Shown here: positions 13,368-27,650 of the stretch, one piece after another
Numbering within the stretch: the first letter of the stretch is position 1
Layout: every line of letters starts with the position of its first letter
Assembly (NCBI RefSeq): GCF_001194135.2
Contig: NC_068987.1
Coordinates: 80,860,752-80,924,751, forward strand
From: Octopus bimaculoides
Lineage: Eukaryota
Reading direction: 5' to 3'
Length of the DNA: 64,000 nucleotides
The notes under the pieces: generated by a model
Database searches by the model: none
Seen by the model: the letters and a program-made list of their open reading frames with translations, nothing else
What the model was told of the DNA's origin: nothing
Program-made: the position numbers and the translations under genes

Positions 13368-14306
13368 TCATTATCAAAGTGGTAAAATGAAGAATTCACA
13401 ATTAAGGTTTATATATCATATATGAAAATAAAGAATAAAAAATTTAGCAATGCTTGGACAACAAGTTGTATCAAATTAAAGACATAACAAGGTGATAGAA
13501 GCTGCCAAAAATCATCAGTGAAAATCTGAAAAAAAACTTATAAGTGAACTTGGTACACTCTGTTAATTTCTTGATAGTACTGTATACTGAATGGATGTAT
13601 GTAAACACCCACACATTCACACAATTATCTTTTTACACAAGTGCAATATCGGCAGTCAATCAATTGTTTAATGTTGTGTCATCAAAGACATTCAGCACTG
13701 GGTCATATCTATTGTCTACTGGGGACAAAGAATGAGATTCCTAGCATTAGTTTTTTCATGGTCTTACTTGTTATTAGCAAAGTAAAAATAACTACAATAA
13801 GAAATTAAACTAGAGTTAAGGAAAAACCATGGACATTAAGATACTTGCTATTTTAATGTATATAAAATAAACAGAAAACAGAATCAAAAGAAATAAATAA
13901 AAAAGACAGACAGCCAACAAGAATCAACTCCATTTAGCTTGATTTAAACTCAAATACATTATCTGTATTCTCAGGTGGAGTTTTCTTTTCTTTTCTTTTC
14001 TCTTTTTCATTTTGCAATCACAATTATAAGTTTATTGTAACTTATTCTTAGTCCAACAGAGTATTGCACTAAGTTAAATACAGCCAGTGGATGTCATCTG
14101 CTACTGTAGAAGCTATAAGTCAGGTTAGGCAAATATAAAGCACTTGATCGATTGTCAGCTGGCATGTAATGAAAAACCTTCAGCCAATTAAATAAAATCA
14201 TAGTTGGTTCAGGTGCTTCCTATTTTATTTGTAGTGCTTTATTTTTCTCAGAATATGCGGTAATTATGCAACATGTGTTTTTCTTATATTTTAATTTCAG
14301 CTAAAT

Positions 14307-14369
<63 letters not shown>

Positions 14370-14823
14370 TGTATAATATATATATGTATATATATATATA
14401 TATCACTATACACACACANNNNNNNNNNNNNNNNNNNNNNNNNNNNNNNNNNNNNNNNNNNNNNNNNNNNNGTGTCACCCGCACGAAAACGGCCACGCTC
14501 GAAATGGTGTCTTTTATGTGCCACCCGCACAAGCCAGTCCAGGGGCACTGGCAACGATCTCGCTCGAAAATCCTACAGGAGCCAGTCAGGCGGTACTGGC
14601 AACGGCCACGCTCAAAATGGTGCATCTCATGTGCCACCCGCACAAGAACCAGTCCAGGGGCACTGGCAATGATCTTACTTGGCTTGCCGGGTCTTCTCAC
14701 GCACAGCCCATTTCCAAAGGTCTCGGTCCGTAGTCATATATACATCATGGTGTGTGTATATATACATGTGTGCATATATTTATATATGTGTATGAATGTA
14801 TGTAGGTATATACATACGTATGC

Positions 14824-14868
<45 letters not shown>

Positions 14869-14905
14869 ATATAAGTATGTGTGTGTGCATATATACACAC
14901 ATACC

Positions 14906-15154
14906 ATTGGTCAAACAGGACACCGCTTGGCTGACTGGGTCGCAGAGCACCTCTGACAGATCAGACTCAACAATGACACTCCAGATTCGCACCACTTCCG
15001 TTCTACCAGTCCTTCATGACAACATCTGTCTATGTTTGCACTGTCTCTGTACAGGGGTCACCCGAACTCCTGCTTTCGCTGTGAACAGGAATTAATCATC
15101 TCTCTTCATTCCTTTCCACCATATGGGCTCAACTCACAACTTCTCTTCATCTGA
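14906..15154 (+). mobile_element. Penelope-like element, GIY-YIG endonuclease remnant (second family)
   Basis: IGQTGHRLADWVAEHL*QIRLNNDTPDSHHF...EQELIISLHSFPPYGLNSQLLFI* shows the YIG(E/Q)TGR.L..R..EHL, PV..HF, EQ.LI and P.GLN motifs, with two in-frame stops. It is not in the ORF track. Confidence 0.85.
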
Positions 15155-16057
15155 CAGCAACCCTGCTATGATTCCCACACACCTCTCACATTCAACTGCA
15201 TCCCATCTATCTACACACCTGCATGCCACCTACCTCATACCCTAACCACACTCACACCCACTAACACCTTCCCATTCCACACACACACTAGCACCAGCCA
15301 CTTTTCAGCACCCATACCACACATCATTAGCCACACAATCTTTAATAGCACCACCACACATATCACTATACAAGCTGCCACACACACTCTTTAACTCAGT
15401 ATACATACCACACACCATCATACACAGTCCCACACCCACACATGCACATAATACCTGAACACAGACAATATATACACACACATAAACACATGCAACATGC
15501 ATAGACAAAGATAACTTTTGGCCACAAACATACACTATACACATGCACACTATTTGGTCAGACACACACCACCTGAACAAGCATACATCAACTGCTACAG
15601 ACAACACACGTTAAACTCACTCACCTCCATTCACACATACACCATTCTCACATACATATGCTTGTGCACCTTAGTTTGTTGGGGGTCACCATTACCGTTA
15701 TTATTATCATTATCTCCCTTTCATTCAGCCTTTTTTTTCCAGTCATCTCACCATGTTGGACCACTGAACTCAGCACATTTTCTCTTTTTTAACACTTTAA
15801 TACTTATGTTTGTTTTCTCTATTTTTTTTTTATCAGCATCTATTTATTGAACAGCTAAATTTTACCTATTCTTTGATGTAAAAGGGACTAACTTAAAATA
15901 CAATTTTACACAGGTGTACACAGACCTAGACTCTCTCTTTCTATCCCATATGTACACACATGACAGGTATCTGGACAGTCACTATCTAACATTCTACTCA
16001 CAAAATACTGGTCTCCACACACCATGGTTAGAGTAATTCCTTAAATGCCATACCCTG

Positions 16058-16398
16058 GTACCAAAGGTAAAAGGTAAAGACCCCCTTCGGTCATGAATGA
16101 TCATGGGAGACCCCTCCAAGGCACAAGTCTGGGCAAGGTTATTTATGGAAGACCAGCAGTCAATCATGCATAACAGACTTCCCACTCCACATCACCGATG
16201 TTATCCAAGGGAAAGTCAAAATCTGATACAGCTTGGCACCAGTGACGTCGTAACTCGTTTCTACAGCTGAGTAAACTGGAGCAACATGAAATGAAGTGTC
16301 TTGCTCAAGAACACAACACTAAGCTCAGTCCAGGAATCAAACTCACTACCTTATGATTGTGAGCCCAACACTCTAACCACTGAGCCATGTGCCTTCAC
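16058..16398 (-). mobile_element. tRNA-derived SINE with a (CCTTTTA)-type tail
   Basis: tRNA-like head at 16330-16398, a CTCCAGTTTACTCAGCTGTAGAAA body and a short tandem-repeat tail at the left end. Confidence 0.65.
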
Positions 16399-17534
16399 CC
16401 TGGTACCACACAGTTGCAAAGTGAACTGCAACCATCTTCCTGCTATCAGACCATTAGTAAAATGCAGCTGTTTTCCTGTTATCTTGCTATTAGCACTAGT
16501 TACTTCAGTTTAGTATTTATTTCATCAATCTCTTTTTGTCCTGCCATTAAGTTATAATGCAGAAAAGGACACCACATAAGCACAAAGACGGACAAAGACA
16601 TACCCAATATGGCTGTATGATCAAGAAGTCTGCTTTGCAATCACAGAGCCCTGAGTTCAATCCTACTAAAGGACGTGTTATTTTTTGTTACTTCCTTTCA
16701 TAATGAAACTGAGTGAACAGAAACTGTATAGAAATCCAAAATGCATGTGTGTGTGTAAGTGTGTGTGGTGTGTGTGTGTGTAAGTGTGTGTGTGTGTGTG
16801 TGTGTGTACAGATAGATGGATAGATAGACAGATAAATAGATAGATCATCATCATCTTTTTCATGCTCACTTAGGTTGAACTTATTGATTTCTCTGCAGTC
16901 AGATGCCCTATATGTTACCAGCCCTGTACATGCTTCCAAATAAGGTAATTTATAGAAATAACAAAGTCAATATTATCCAGTGTGTTTTTCCTTCTTTCCA
17001 CAGAAACTGGAAACTTAGGACACTGCTAGCATGACATTTAAAACAATCATGCCTTATCAAGACAAGGCAACACAAACACACACACATACATATATACAGA
17101 TATATGATGGGCTTCTTACAGTTTCCATTTGCCAAATTCAATTGCAAGGCTTTGGTTTGCCAGGGGACATAGTAGAAGACACTTGCCTAAGTGGGACTGA
17201 ACCCAAAACAAAATAGTAGGGAAGTAAGATTCTTAACATCACAACCTGCCAAATTCTATTCACAAGGTTTTGGTAAACCTGAGCCTACAATAGAAAACAC
17301 TGCATTGTGTAATCGAACTGGAAACCACTGGCTACAAAGCCAATGCCTTAACCTCACGTCCATGCCTGTGCCTCCATAATATAATTGCTAACAGTGAGGT
17401 TTGAACTCATGATGATAATGTGGTGGTCAATAGCTATAAGTTTACGATGCCAGACTAACTGAAGAAAATGGTTTTAATTAGAACTGACAATAATCCTTAG
17501 TAATTATATTGTTCAATATTTCAAGTATTCATAC

Positions 17535-17667
17535 TTAAGAAACATTATTAGCGTGCTTCATTATTGCCGCTCCTTCAGCCAGTTTATAATATCTATTAAG
17601 GGCTGCACTCTCCCGTGGTAAAGTTAGTTTTCTTATTAACACGGTCAAACTACTCCAAGCATCCACC
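17535..17667 (-). CDS. Candidate terminal coding exon of an unidentified gene
   Basis: Acceptor gattattttcag|G. The only open frame reads VDAWSSLTVLIRKLTLPRESAALNRYYKLAEGAAIMKHANNVS*, and the TAA is directly followed by gtatga. It is richer in GC/CpG than its flanks and matches no repeat seen here. Product not recognised. Confidence 0.45.
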
Positions 17668-18262
17668 CTGAAAATAATCTCTTAAACCTTCACTTTAAAT
17701 CACTGATAGTACAATTGAATTGTCAGCTAATGGAATGAGTCAATATAATGAGATAAAACCTTACCCATAAGTGAGTAGGTCTTTTAGAGTAGCCAACAGA
17801 AAGGCTAGGAGACTATTGATTACAGAGAAAAGCACTCAAATTCAACCTGTCAGCAATCATTAAAAAGAAAATTCCTTTTTCCTTTCTCATACAGTTTGAT
17901 ACGTTAATAGTTTTAGGTATGTATATATACATACACACATACATATATACATATATATACATATGAATGTGTGTGTGTGTGTGTGTGTATTAACTCTGCA
18001 TCAGTAAATGACATGGAATCCATCTATTTATAGTCTGCTTCTTAAGCACTTGAATTAAACATGTCTAGAAAATTGGAGCCTAGAGAAATATCAATAGCAA
18101 ATTCACTTTGATATTGGCATTTTCAAATAACTTATTAGTGCATCTCGAAAAGGCACACATGTCAGCAGAGAAACCAACATAAATCCAAGCTTTTGTCACA
18201 AATAACTCAAGTTGAAAGAATAGAAATGAATAATAATGCATTTAACTGAAGAAAATAAGGAT

Positions 18263-18321
<59 letters not shown>

Positions 18322-18844
18322 CATGCATATATCTATGAATCTGTGTGTGTGTGTATAGATATAACTAGCAGGAATCACAAGAGACATTGTCAGCAATTTT
18401 CTTTTTATTTTTGTACAAATGTTTTTGTCATAATCTATGTTAATTTGTTGTAGTTTTTACAACAAAAGGTAAGATTTTGAGTCAGAATCACAAATAAAAA
18501 AATTATTTTGTTAATAATTAATCCATCAATTAGGAGAGAACATGGTTTTTATTTATTCATTTCCTTGCATTTATTTACATCTAGTTTACATTACATTAAA
18601 AATGTATGAATAATTCTAGAGCTCCTAAAATGATTAAAAAAAAAAGGCAAAAAATTTGTTTTAAAGTGATTAAAAAAAAGCAAAATAGAAAAAGAAGAAA
18701 TCTTAAAAAAAAAAATTATTTTAACAATATTTTATTATGTTATTTCAATTGTTAGGATATTATAGAGGAAGAATGAAATAAATGCAACAATATGTGTATT
18801 CTGATCAGCGGAATAGAACTAAGGTACAGGTAATGAGATATTAA

Positions 18845-19062
18845 CCCTTTTGTTACGGTATTTCTGATGAAAAATGTTGCTTTTGTTTCAATTAATTTTG
18901 AAAATAATGAAGAATTTGATAAAATAACGTAGTTGTTATCAAGCATTTGGAACATAAATTAACATGGAATTTTGATGAAAGGTTTTAATTTAGACTACTA
19001 TAAATTAGGATGTGTGTATCATGGAATGAGAGGCAATCTCAGATAGGTTGGTGTCAAAAGGG
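18845..19062. mobile_element. piggyBac-like MITE with TTAA TSD
   Basis: TTAA|CCCTTTTGTTAC ... GTGTCAAAAGGG|TTAA. Related decayed copies lie at about 5820-5990, 36930-37078, 48705-48925 and 62533-62773. Confidence 0.8.
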
Positions 19063-19313
19063 TTAAGAAACCCTCATTGCTGAAAATCTCAGTTCAAATC
19101 AAGCAGTGTTAGCATTCTGGAAACTACACCTTAAGTCCAATAATATGAATATGTTATGATAAGAGTTAGTCAATAGAGACACAGTGATAGGTTAACTGCC
19201 AAGAAATACCCCTCAAATCTCAAGATCATCTCTCGTCTCAAATTTCTGCTGAAACTCACCCGAAATCTTAAATCAGGATTTGAGGGAGATTTGATGTAAG
19301 TCAAATCTACAAC

Positions 19314-19633
19314 CTTGGGAAAAGAAGTGGCATGTGGGATACTCCTAAAAGGAAAGCACATTTACAGCTGGAACATCTTTGACCTAAGGTTGACTCAATT
19401 TGGGTTTAAACTGGGGAGCTAAACAACACTGACATCTGTCATGTAACGTTCAAATGTATAGGATTCATATATAGCTTAGGAAAAGAAGTGGCATATGGGA
19501 TACTTCTAAAAGGAAAGGATGTTCATAGCTGGAATGTCATTGATCCGAGGTTGACTCAATTAGGGTTAAACTGGAGAGTTAAACAACATTGACATCTGTC
19601 ATGTAATGTTCAAATATGTAGAATTCAATGTAG
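19314..19633. repeat. Diverged two-copy tandem duplication, period about 161 bp
   Basis: CTT(G/A)GG(A)AAAAGAAGTGGCAT...GGTTGACTCAATT...CTGACATCTGTCATGTAA occurs starting at 19314 and again at 19475. Confidence 0.9.
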
Positions 19634-20038
19634 CTTTCAATTTCTATTAAATCCAATTTGTTATCTTGTCTGTTTTGTGGTAACTACAGCAAAGTCAGAC
19701 AAAGTGAACTCGATCACTACAATTACTTGGAATTGGAATTCATGAAAAATAGTTGGCAATCGGACACAAAGTTTAGACCTAGAAGTATCAGATGTTGCAA
19801 TTACTTTGGTTATGTAGGCGTGTTTCACAACTGTCTAGATCAGATAAATGTTGTCCAAGATGATGTTGTGATAGTGGTTAGGTGCATCAATAATGTATCT
19901 TCATATGTGTGAGTTGTCGGACAATTAGTTTACAATGGTTGCACTGGTTGAAACAGACTAAAGCAATAAATTTAATCCTTCACACTGCTTGATAATCTGA
20001 ATATTTTTAGCATCGCTGTGTAAATGATAAATAGAGAT

Positions 20039-20104
<66 letters not shown>

Positions 20105-20654
20105 CATGTGTTGGGGGTGCAGTCAGTAATAATGCAGAGACATTTGCTTTTGGTGTATGTTTTTTTTTTTTTAATTATTTTGGATTGTTTGTAGTTGGGG
20201 ACCAAGCATGAAGTGGTATATTACAGGAAAGATTTGATATATTGCTTGTAGATCAATATTTTCTTTTTAAATTTTATATCAGAATTGCTGAACAATATCA
20301 TCATTGGTTGCAAATTTCCAATGGGCCAATTATTGCTTCATTGTAGTTCCCTGGTGTCAAAAGAGATAAAAGAGCATCTGTAATTTGATGTGGAACAAAT
20401 ATTTCAAGGAACTTCATTCATGAATATACATACAAGTACTTATATATGTATATACATATACAATGGCTTTCTGCATAGTTTCTGTCAACCAAATTTCCTT
20501 CACAGGGAATTGGTCAACAAAAGGCTATAGAAGAAGACACTTATTCAAAGTAGTGGGCCGTGAAATTGAACCCATAACTAGATGGTTGCAAAATGCAATG
20601 CATCATGATCAAACAGAAATAACTATCATATTTGACTGTATAAAAAAAAAGGAG

Positions 20655-20957
20655 CACTCCGTCGGTTACGACGACGAGGGTCCCAGCTGATACGATCAAT
20701 GGAACAGCCTGCTCATGAAATTAACGTGCAAGTGGCTGAGCAATCCACAGACACGTGTACCCCTAACATAGTTCTCAGGGAGATTCAGCATGACACATAG
20801 TGTGACAAGGCCGGCCCTTTGAAATACAGGTACTACTCATTTTTGCCAGCTGAGTGGACTGGAGCAACATGAAATAAAGTGTCTTGCCCAAGGACACAAT
20901 GCGTCGCCGGGAATCGAACTCATGACCTTACGACCGTGAGCCGAATGCCCTAACCAC
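20655..20957 (-). mobile_element. Young tRNA-derived SINE (family F)
   Basis: CpG-rich. It has a head GTGGTTAGGGCATTCGGCTC...GAGTTCGATTCCC, a CCAGTCCACTCAGCTG body and a 3' tail shared with 27651-27978. Confidence 0.85.
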
Positions 20958-23900
20958 ATAAAAGATGCAGGGACATATTAGAGGCGCCCTAATTTCAGCA
21001 GTGTGCATTCAGGAACAAAAGTTTTAAGTGCATTAAATTATGTAATATTAACTTATGGGAGGCCCATCATCTATACATATAAATTTGACATGGGTGATTC
21101 TTTCTTGTCTTGGGATTCACGGTCAAATGGCTGGGTGGAATTGTGCGAAAAATTACACAGATGTGTAGAATGATCCGGTCGTGTTGCTGGGCTTTGTATG
21201 TTTTTCATAGCTCCCATGGTTACCGAGATAATCTACTATCATAATACTCTTGTGTTTATGAATGAGAAAGGAAGGGGTGATAGATGAATAAGGAAGGAAG
21301 GGGTGATGTCATACTTGGTAGTGTGTGACGATGAAAATTGTATGCTGAAAAGATAAATCAAACAGCGTTTCAACTCTGTGTGAATATATGTGTGTATGTA
21401 AAAGGGGGGGGGGTATGTGAATGTGTGTGCGTGTGCATGCAATGGAAGTGGGATGGTTCAGCCCTGTTCACTTAGTATTTGGGTTTATTTTTTGATTTGG
21501 TTGAATCTTGGTTGGGTTTTTTCTTTTTGTTGGTCAGTTATTTTCAGTGTTTTGACAGAAAAAAGTCATTCTAAAATTGTTTTTTAACGTAAGCGTGCCC
21601 AAACAAGTCAAATGCTTACACAGAGCAGGTTTTACAGCTACATCATCCAAACTGACTGGGTAAAACCGGGCTTAGCTGCTAGTCACATATAAGACCAAGG
21701 GAGATTTTTTAAGACATTATTTTGGAAAAAAAAAGTGCATCTTATATGCTATCAAATAATATACTTTCATCACAGTTTTCTGATGCTCAATTAGTGTTGG
21801 AAGAATATTTTGTCTTCATGTCACTTGTATTATGTGCACTATTTGAATCACATTAAAGTTTTGTATGAGGTGCATGCGATTCACATCTGGGAGATAGGTT
21901 AATATTGTTGTGTTCTTGAGCAAAACTTCATTTCACATTGCTCTAGTGTTGTGTAGGGGACGACATAATAAGTATAGACCCAACGTTTTTGTTTGTGTTG
22001 TAAAAAGGCAGCTAAAAAAGGGTGAGGTGGGATTTGCACTCCAACCTCATAAAATCCTTATTAGCAAAGACTACCCAAACAGACCCATGAGTTGGAGGGT
22101 TCTCACCTGAGTGGTGCAAAAGCATCATCCGCTAGGTGCAGCGTATCACCAAGAAATGGTAGATGCAGTGACATGCCGTTACAGTGCATGCCTCCATACC
22201 ATTACTAATGTGAGAGACATAACACAAATGTTACACCCCTTAACAGTGCAACAGTAATGCGATGTAACTGTTTTTGGGTAGCTAGTATTGCAGTTTGTGT
22301 ATATTAGGTAAGAAACAGCTTTTGACAGGTATCATTTGGGAAAGATATAATTGTGATTACTTCATTATGGAATGACAAAAATATGCCGTGAAGATATGTC
22401 AAAATGTGATACATGTAAAAGTGTAAAGATGGGAAAAAATGACATGACAGGTCTCTGCAGGAGATCATTTGAGGCAGCTCACTGCAAGGGTTTTATTAAA
22501 GACTAGGTTAGATTTTTGTTGTGGACTGGAAACAAATTAACTATATTTATCTAACAGTAGATAAGAGAGATTATCGTTAAATCAATATTCTGTGTTATCA
22601 TACGATAAGAAACAGTGGTTCCCAGCACGAAGAGATCATCAAACTACTTATCACTTCCCTGTTCAGCATGCCACCATTCCCCTCCATGCCACCATTCCCT
22701 TCTCTCTCTCTCTGATCTAACTTGTTCATTTGCCAAGAGTAGGATGGGAGACTCAATTATGTCTAGGTCATAAGGTTACTGTCTTTAGCAGAATATAATG
22801 GTAATCATTTTTAGAGCTAATGCTTGATAAGTAACACTTGCACAGACTTGTACTTTGTACAGCTTAAATGAAATATTTTGTTCTGGATAGGAAACCTAAA
22901 ATTCTAAATATATTCATAAGGCATATGAAACGATATCCTCAAAATAGGACAACTATTTTAATAACATATAAATTCAACTTGCAATAAATCTCTACTATTT
23001 ACACACAATATTTTTTCCTAGCCACCATAAATAACTATGATCTACAGAGTGAGTTAGCTGCATCTCGTTCATAGTTTTTTTCAGTGTTAGCCAGAGGTTT
23101 TAGGTCATTCCTAACTTTTCTATTCTAAGGTCTCTTTATCCTACCACATTACAATGAATCAAATCATGAAACACAATATGCAAACTGCACACACACACAC
23201 ACACACATTTTTTATTTGCTATATAGTTTCCATTTAGGTAAAAAAAAAAAAAATTCTACCAGGAAAAAAAAACATTACCTTGAAACATCACATACTTTTA
23301 CAAGTGTGCTGGCAACAAAACATCAGAAAAATAATGTCAAGTTAGTTGTCATAGCAATAACTTGAAATGCAGAATAAGTGCTTCATGAAAAGATAAATTT
23401 CTTTTTGTATACACATATTTTTGCAAAGAAATTTATGTTTTCTAATAATTGCTTTATGTTGCCACTCACAACCTATTAATGGTAAATCTACAAGATGTCC
23501 ATAGCATATCGTTATAAAGAATTTCTTGTAACTACTAATGAGATGCATTAATCTAGTTAAATTTCTAATCTTGATATCTTCTGATCAGCATTCTATGTTA
23601 CATCAAAGTGCTTCAACATTTTGATGGTCATGTTAATGCCAACTACTCTGCTGTATAAAATAAGGTAGTTCTTATATTTCTTATCAGGTAAGCCATTCTG
23701 AAAATATGAATATTTCTGTTCTGTATGTATGTTTTCCTGGTCTTATTTTTTCAAATTTCTCTCTTCTATAAAAGAAGAGTTCCAAACAAGAAACAGCATT
23801 CTTCATTGGAATATACACTTCAACTAAGGAAGTAGGAATGAAAGAAGAAAAAAAAGGACGAATGGATGCACACATGCATGCATGCGCACCTTTACATATT

Positions 23901-24603
23901 TAATTGCACATGTATGTACATGTGTCATATTTTTTATATGAATGCATGTCATTTACATGTGCTAATCTGTTTCTTTTTACGCATACATGAGTACACATGT
24001 TTGTCTACATATGTGTACATACTACAGGCTAAACTGGAATGCTTTGCAAATTTTTATACTTCTTTTAATGGCTTGTAGTTATAATTTTTTAGTTAGTTGT
24101 GTCTTTTCTAATTTAGTAAAAGCCCAGCATTTGAAGATTGATGACTGAAGCAGGCAGTTATACAACCAAGTTCCCCAACACCCACAGTTATAAATCTTAA
24201 GTTGTGGTCCACATATAGTATCTGCACATTTATCATTAGTTTGCCGTGGATATTTTCTTTTTGATTTTATGTTTAACATTATGTTAACATCTGGTGGACA
24301 GCTGATTTCTCAGTTTCTATTACTCTGCACAGTTTTTTTTTCCTGTCTCAGAGCATTATGTCTGATCTATTGTATATACATTTTACAGACATTTTGACAG
24401 GGAATTGTTCAACCAGTATTCTTTCATATTAAGAATTACTACAACCTCCACATCACTGTAACTTGCATTTTGATCTTCAGGACTATCTTTCACAATGTAA
24501 AGTACTGTAGGGACCATAGGAATTTACAGTGTAAAGTACCTAGGACCCTACTGTATACCATAGAGGACATTAGTATAGTAATTACAGTTTTGAACAACTA
24601 CAA

Positions 24604-24670
<67 letters not shown>

Positions 24671-24840
24671 ATGAATGTATGCCATTGTTCAGTTTATTTC
24701 CAGATTTCTTGCCAATAGAGAAAGAACCAATTTCTAAGCGAGATCCAAAGCTCCTTTATTGAAATATCAACATCAACAACAGGGTATTTTTGTTTGTTTG
24801 TATGTATGTATGTATGTATGTATGTATGTATGTATGTATG

Positions 24841-25242
24841 ATCGTTGCCAGAGCAGCTGTTTGGCTTCTGTGCCAGTGGCACGTAAATAGCACCATTTGA
24901 GCATGATCGTTACCAGCATCGCCTTCCTGGCACGTGAAAAGACATTCGAGCGAGGTCATTGCCAGTGCCGCTGGACTGGCTCCTGTGCAGTTGGCACGTA
25001 AAATACACCATGTTGAGCGTGGCCATTGCCAGTACTGCCTGACTGGCCTTCATGCCGGTGGCACATAAAAGCAACCACTACACTCTTGGAATGGTTGGCG
25101 TTAGGAAGGGCATCCAGCTGTAGAAACTCTGCCAAATCAGGTTGGAGCCTGGTGTAGCCATCTGGTTCACCAGTCCTCAGTCAAATCGTCCAACCCATGC
25201 TAGCATGGAAAGCGAACGTTAGATGATGATGATGATGATGAT
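24841..25242 (+). mobile_element. RTE LINE 3'UTR/tail fragment (family B)
   Basis: Units of about 60-65 bp, then ...GGCGTTAGGAAGGGCATCCAGCTGTAGAAAC...GTTAGATGATGAT. Further copies lie at about 640-907(+), 4865-5310(+), 8647-8966(-), 14472-14725(-), 50112-50570(-), 55223-55710(-), 61199-61614(-) and 63350-63510(+). The 14472 copy includes the ORF2 end DRDLWKWAVREKTRQAK*. Confidence 0.85.
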
Positions 25243-25485
25243 ATATGTAGATTTATTTTTCTTATTTCTTTTATCTTTTCCTTGTTTCAGGCACCATCTT
25301 AGAGGAATATTTTTGTTCTTTTTTCTCAAAGCCTGCTACTTATTCTATTGGTCATCTTCACTGAACCGCTATGTTATGGAGACATAAATATACTGATTGC
25401 CAAGTAGTGATAAAAAATACACATGCACACACAGACAAACACATATATTTATATATTTGTATACAATGAGCTTCTTTCAGTTTCT

Positions 25486-25712
25486 TATTTCTTTATTGCT
25501 CACAGGGGGCTAAACATAGAGGGGACAAACAAGGACAGACAAAGAGATTAAGTCGATTATTGACCCCAGTGCATAACTGGTACTTATTTCATCGACCCTG
25601 AAAGGATGAAAGGCAAAGTCGACCTAGGCGGAATTTGAACTCAGAACGTAACGGCAGGCGAAATACTGCTAAGCATTTTGCCCGGTGTGCTAACATTTCT
25701 GCCAGCTCACCG
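25486..25712 (-). mobile_element. SINE family C (MetaSINE-like central domain) with a 16-bp TSD
   Basis: It is flanked by the direct repeat GCTTCTTTCAGTTTCT (25470-25485 and 25713-25728) and carries GTCGACTTTGCCTTTCATCCTTTC...GATGAAATAAGTACCAG. Other copies lie at about 7790-8160 (two), 28790-29000, 43866-44494 (split) and 60725-61170 (two). Confidence 0.85.
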
Positions 25713-26059
25713 GCTTCTTTCAGTTTCTGTTTAGCAAATCCACTCACAAGGCTTTGGTCAGCCCAAGGCTATAGTAGAAGACAGTCGGCCAGGGTGCTAT
25801 ACAGTGGAGCTGAACTCAGAACTATGTATTCAAGAAGCAAACTCCTGACGATACAGCTATACCTGCACCTACATGTATTCATGTGTAACTTCAGTAGATA
25901 TTTGATGTGCATTGTAGATTGCTAGCCAATTCCACGTTGATGGTAGTTAGAACAGTTAATAAATTTTCAAAGTAACAGTAAACCTTTGTTATGTAATCAT
26001 CAATTAAAGAAAGTGACAAATGCAACAGTTTGTGGAAAAGTTGTTGAACCAAACGAAAT

Positions 26060-26560
26060 TCTGTCAGATGTGTTACGGATTTTTCCCTGTGCCAAACTTC
26101 TTTTACTAATTACAAATTCAATAATCACTGGAAATGACCTCCCAGAAGAATAGAGTAAGCTTATAGTTGTAGTAATCCCAGAGGAAGGAAGCAGCTGTCT
26201 TTCAGAAAATCAAAAAGGATTACTGTTCATATGCACCGATGCAAAACTCTTTAATTGAGTGCTGCTTACAAAATGAAGAACAAGACTGGAAGGATTAATT
26301 CTATGTTTCTAGTCTGGCTCCAGGCCAAACAGAAATACGACTGAACAAATAATACCATTATTAAGAATATGTATTTGATGTATTTGATTTTGTTAATGGA
26401 GCAGCAATTGAAGATATCCTAAAGTTCTATGAAGTGTGAAACTTATTCATTAACACTATTCTCATTCTCAGCAATGGTAATGGCTTTGTGACATCTTCAG
26501 GTATACATCAGGAACTGACAAATTTGCACCTTGACTTTTCATAGCTGTTATGGATTATGT
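26060..26560 (+). mobile_element. Decayed RTE-type LINE reverse transcriptase fragment
   Basis: IVVVIPEEG...KGLLFICTDAKLFN*VLL...SGSRPNRNTTEQI..L corresponds to the IV.IPKKG / RGISL...AKL.N.VLL / GFRP.RST..QI..L motifs. Confidence 0.7.
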
Positions 26561-27225
26561 AATTTGTATAGGCACAGGCATGGCTGTGTGGTAAGAAGCT
26601 TGATTCCCAACCACATGGTTCTGGGTTCAGTCCCACTGCATGACATCTTGAACAAGTGTCTTCTACTATAGCCTCGGGTTGACCAAAGCCTTGTGAGTGG
26701 ATTTGTTAGATGGAAACTAAAAGCCTCTCATATGTATGTATGTGTGAGTGTGTGTGTGTGTGTGTGTGTTTGTCCCCCATCAACACTTGACATATACATG
26801 CATGCATATATGTATACATTACACACGCATGCATCATACATACATACATATATACATGCATACATATATATGTAATCCTTTTTATAACAACTGATCTGGA
26901 ACTAAATCATCATCAACACCATTTAATGTCCCTTTTCAACGTTGGCATGGGCTGGAGGGCATGACAAGAGTGGTAGCTACAGGACTGCACCAAGCTCTAT
27001 TGTTTGCTTTGAATGCCAACCAGTTCACAGCGTGCGTAGGGTGCTTTCTACATGGCAGCGACCCCATTGAGGTTACCAAGTAACTTGCAAGACAAAAGAC
27101 CCTTCAGTTGAGAGGAGGAGTAGAAGAGAGGGAAATGGCTATATACCAGGTAACAGGAGATGTGATAGAGGGAAAGAAACAGATATCTTGATGTTGAAGG
27201 GATATAGTTGGAAAAGAGAGAAGAG

Positions 27226-27321
<96 letters not shown>

Positions 27322-27650
27322 AGTAAGAAAGATGTGTCAAGGTCTGCCCTCGAGTTACGGTGGGAGGATATAAATGAAGGGGTGAGAGAGGGAGATAAAA
27401 GGGGATGAGGATGCGGTTAGTGGATATGTAGTATACATAGGTGCAGGCATGGCTGTGTGGTAAGAAGCTTGCTTCACAGCCACATAGTTCTGGGTTCAGT
27501 CCCACTATGTAGTACCTTGGGTATGTGTCTTCTACTATAGGCTCAGGCTGACCAAAGCTTTGTGAGTGGATTTGGTAGACAGAAAATGAAAGAAGCCCAT
27601 CATATATATATATGTGTGTGTGTGTATATATTTATATATATGTGCATATG

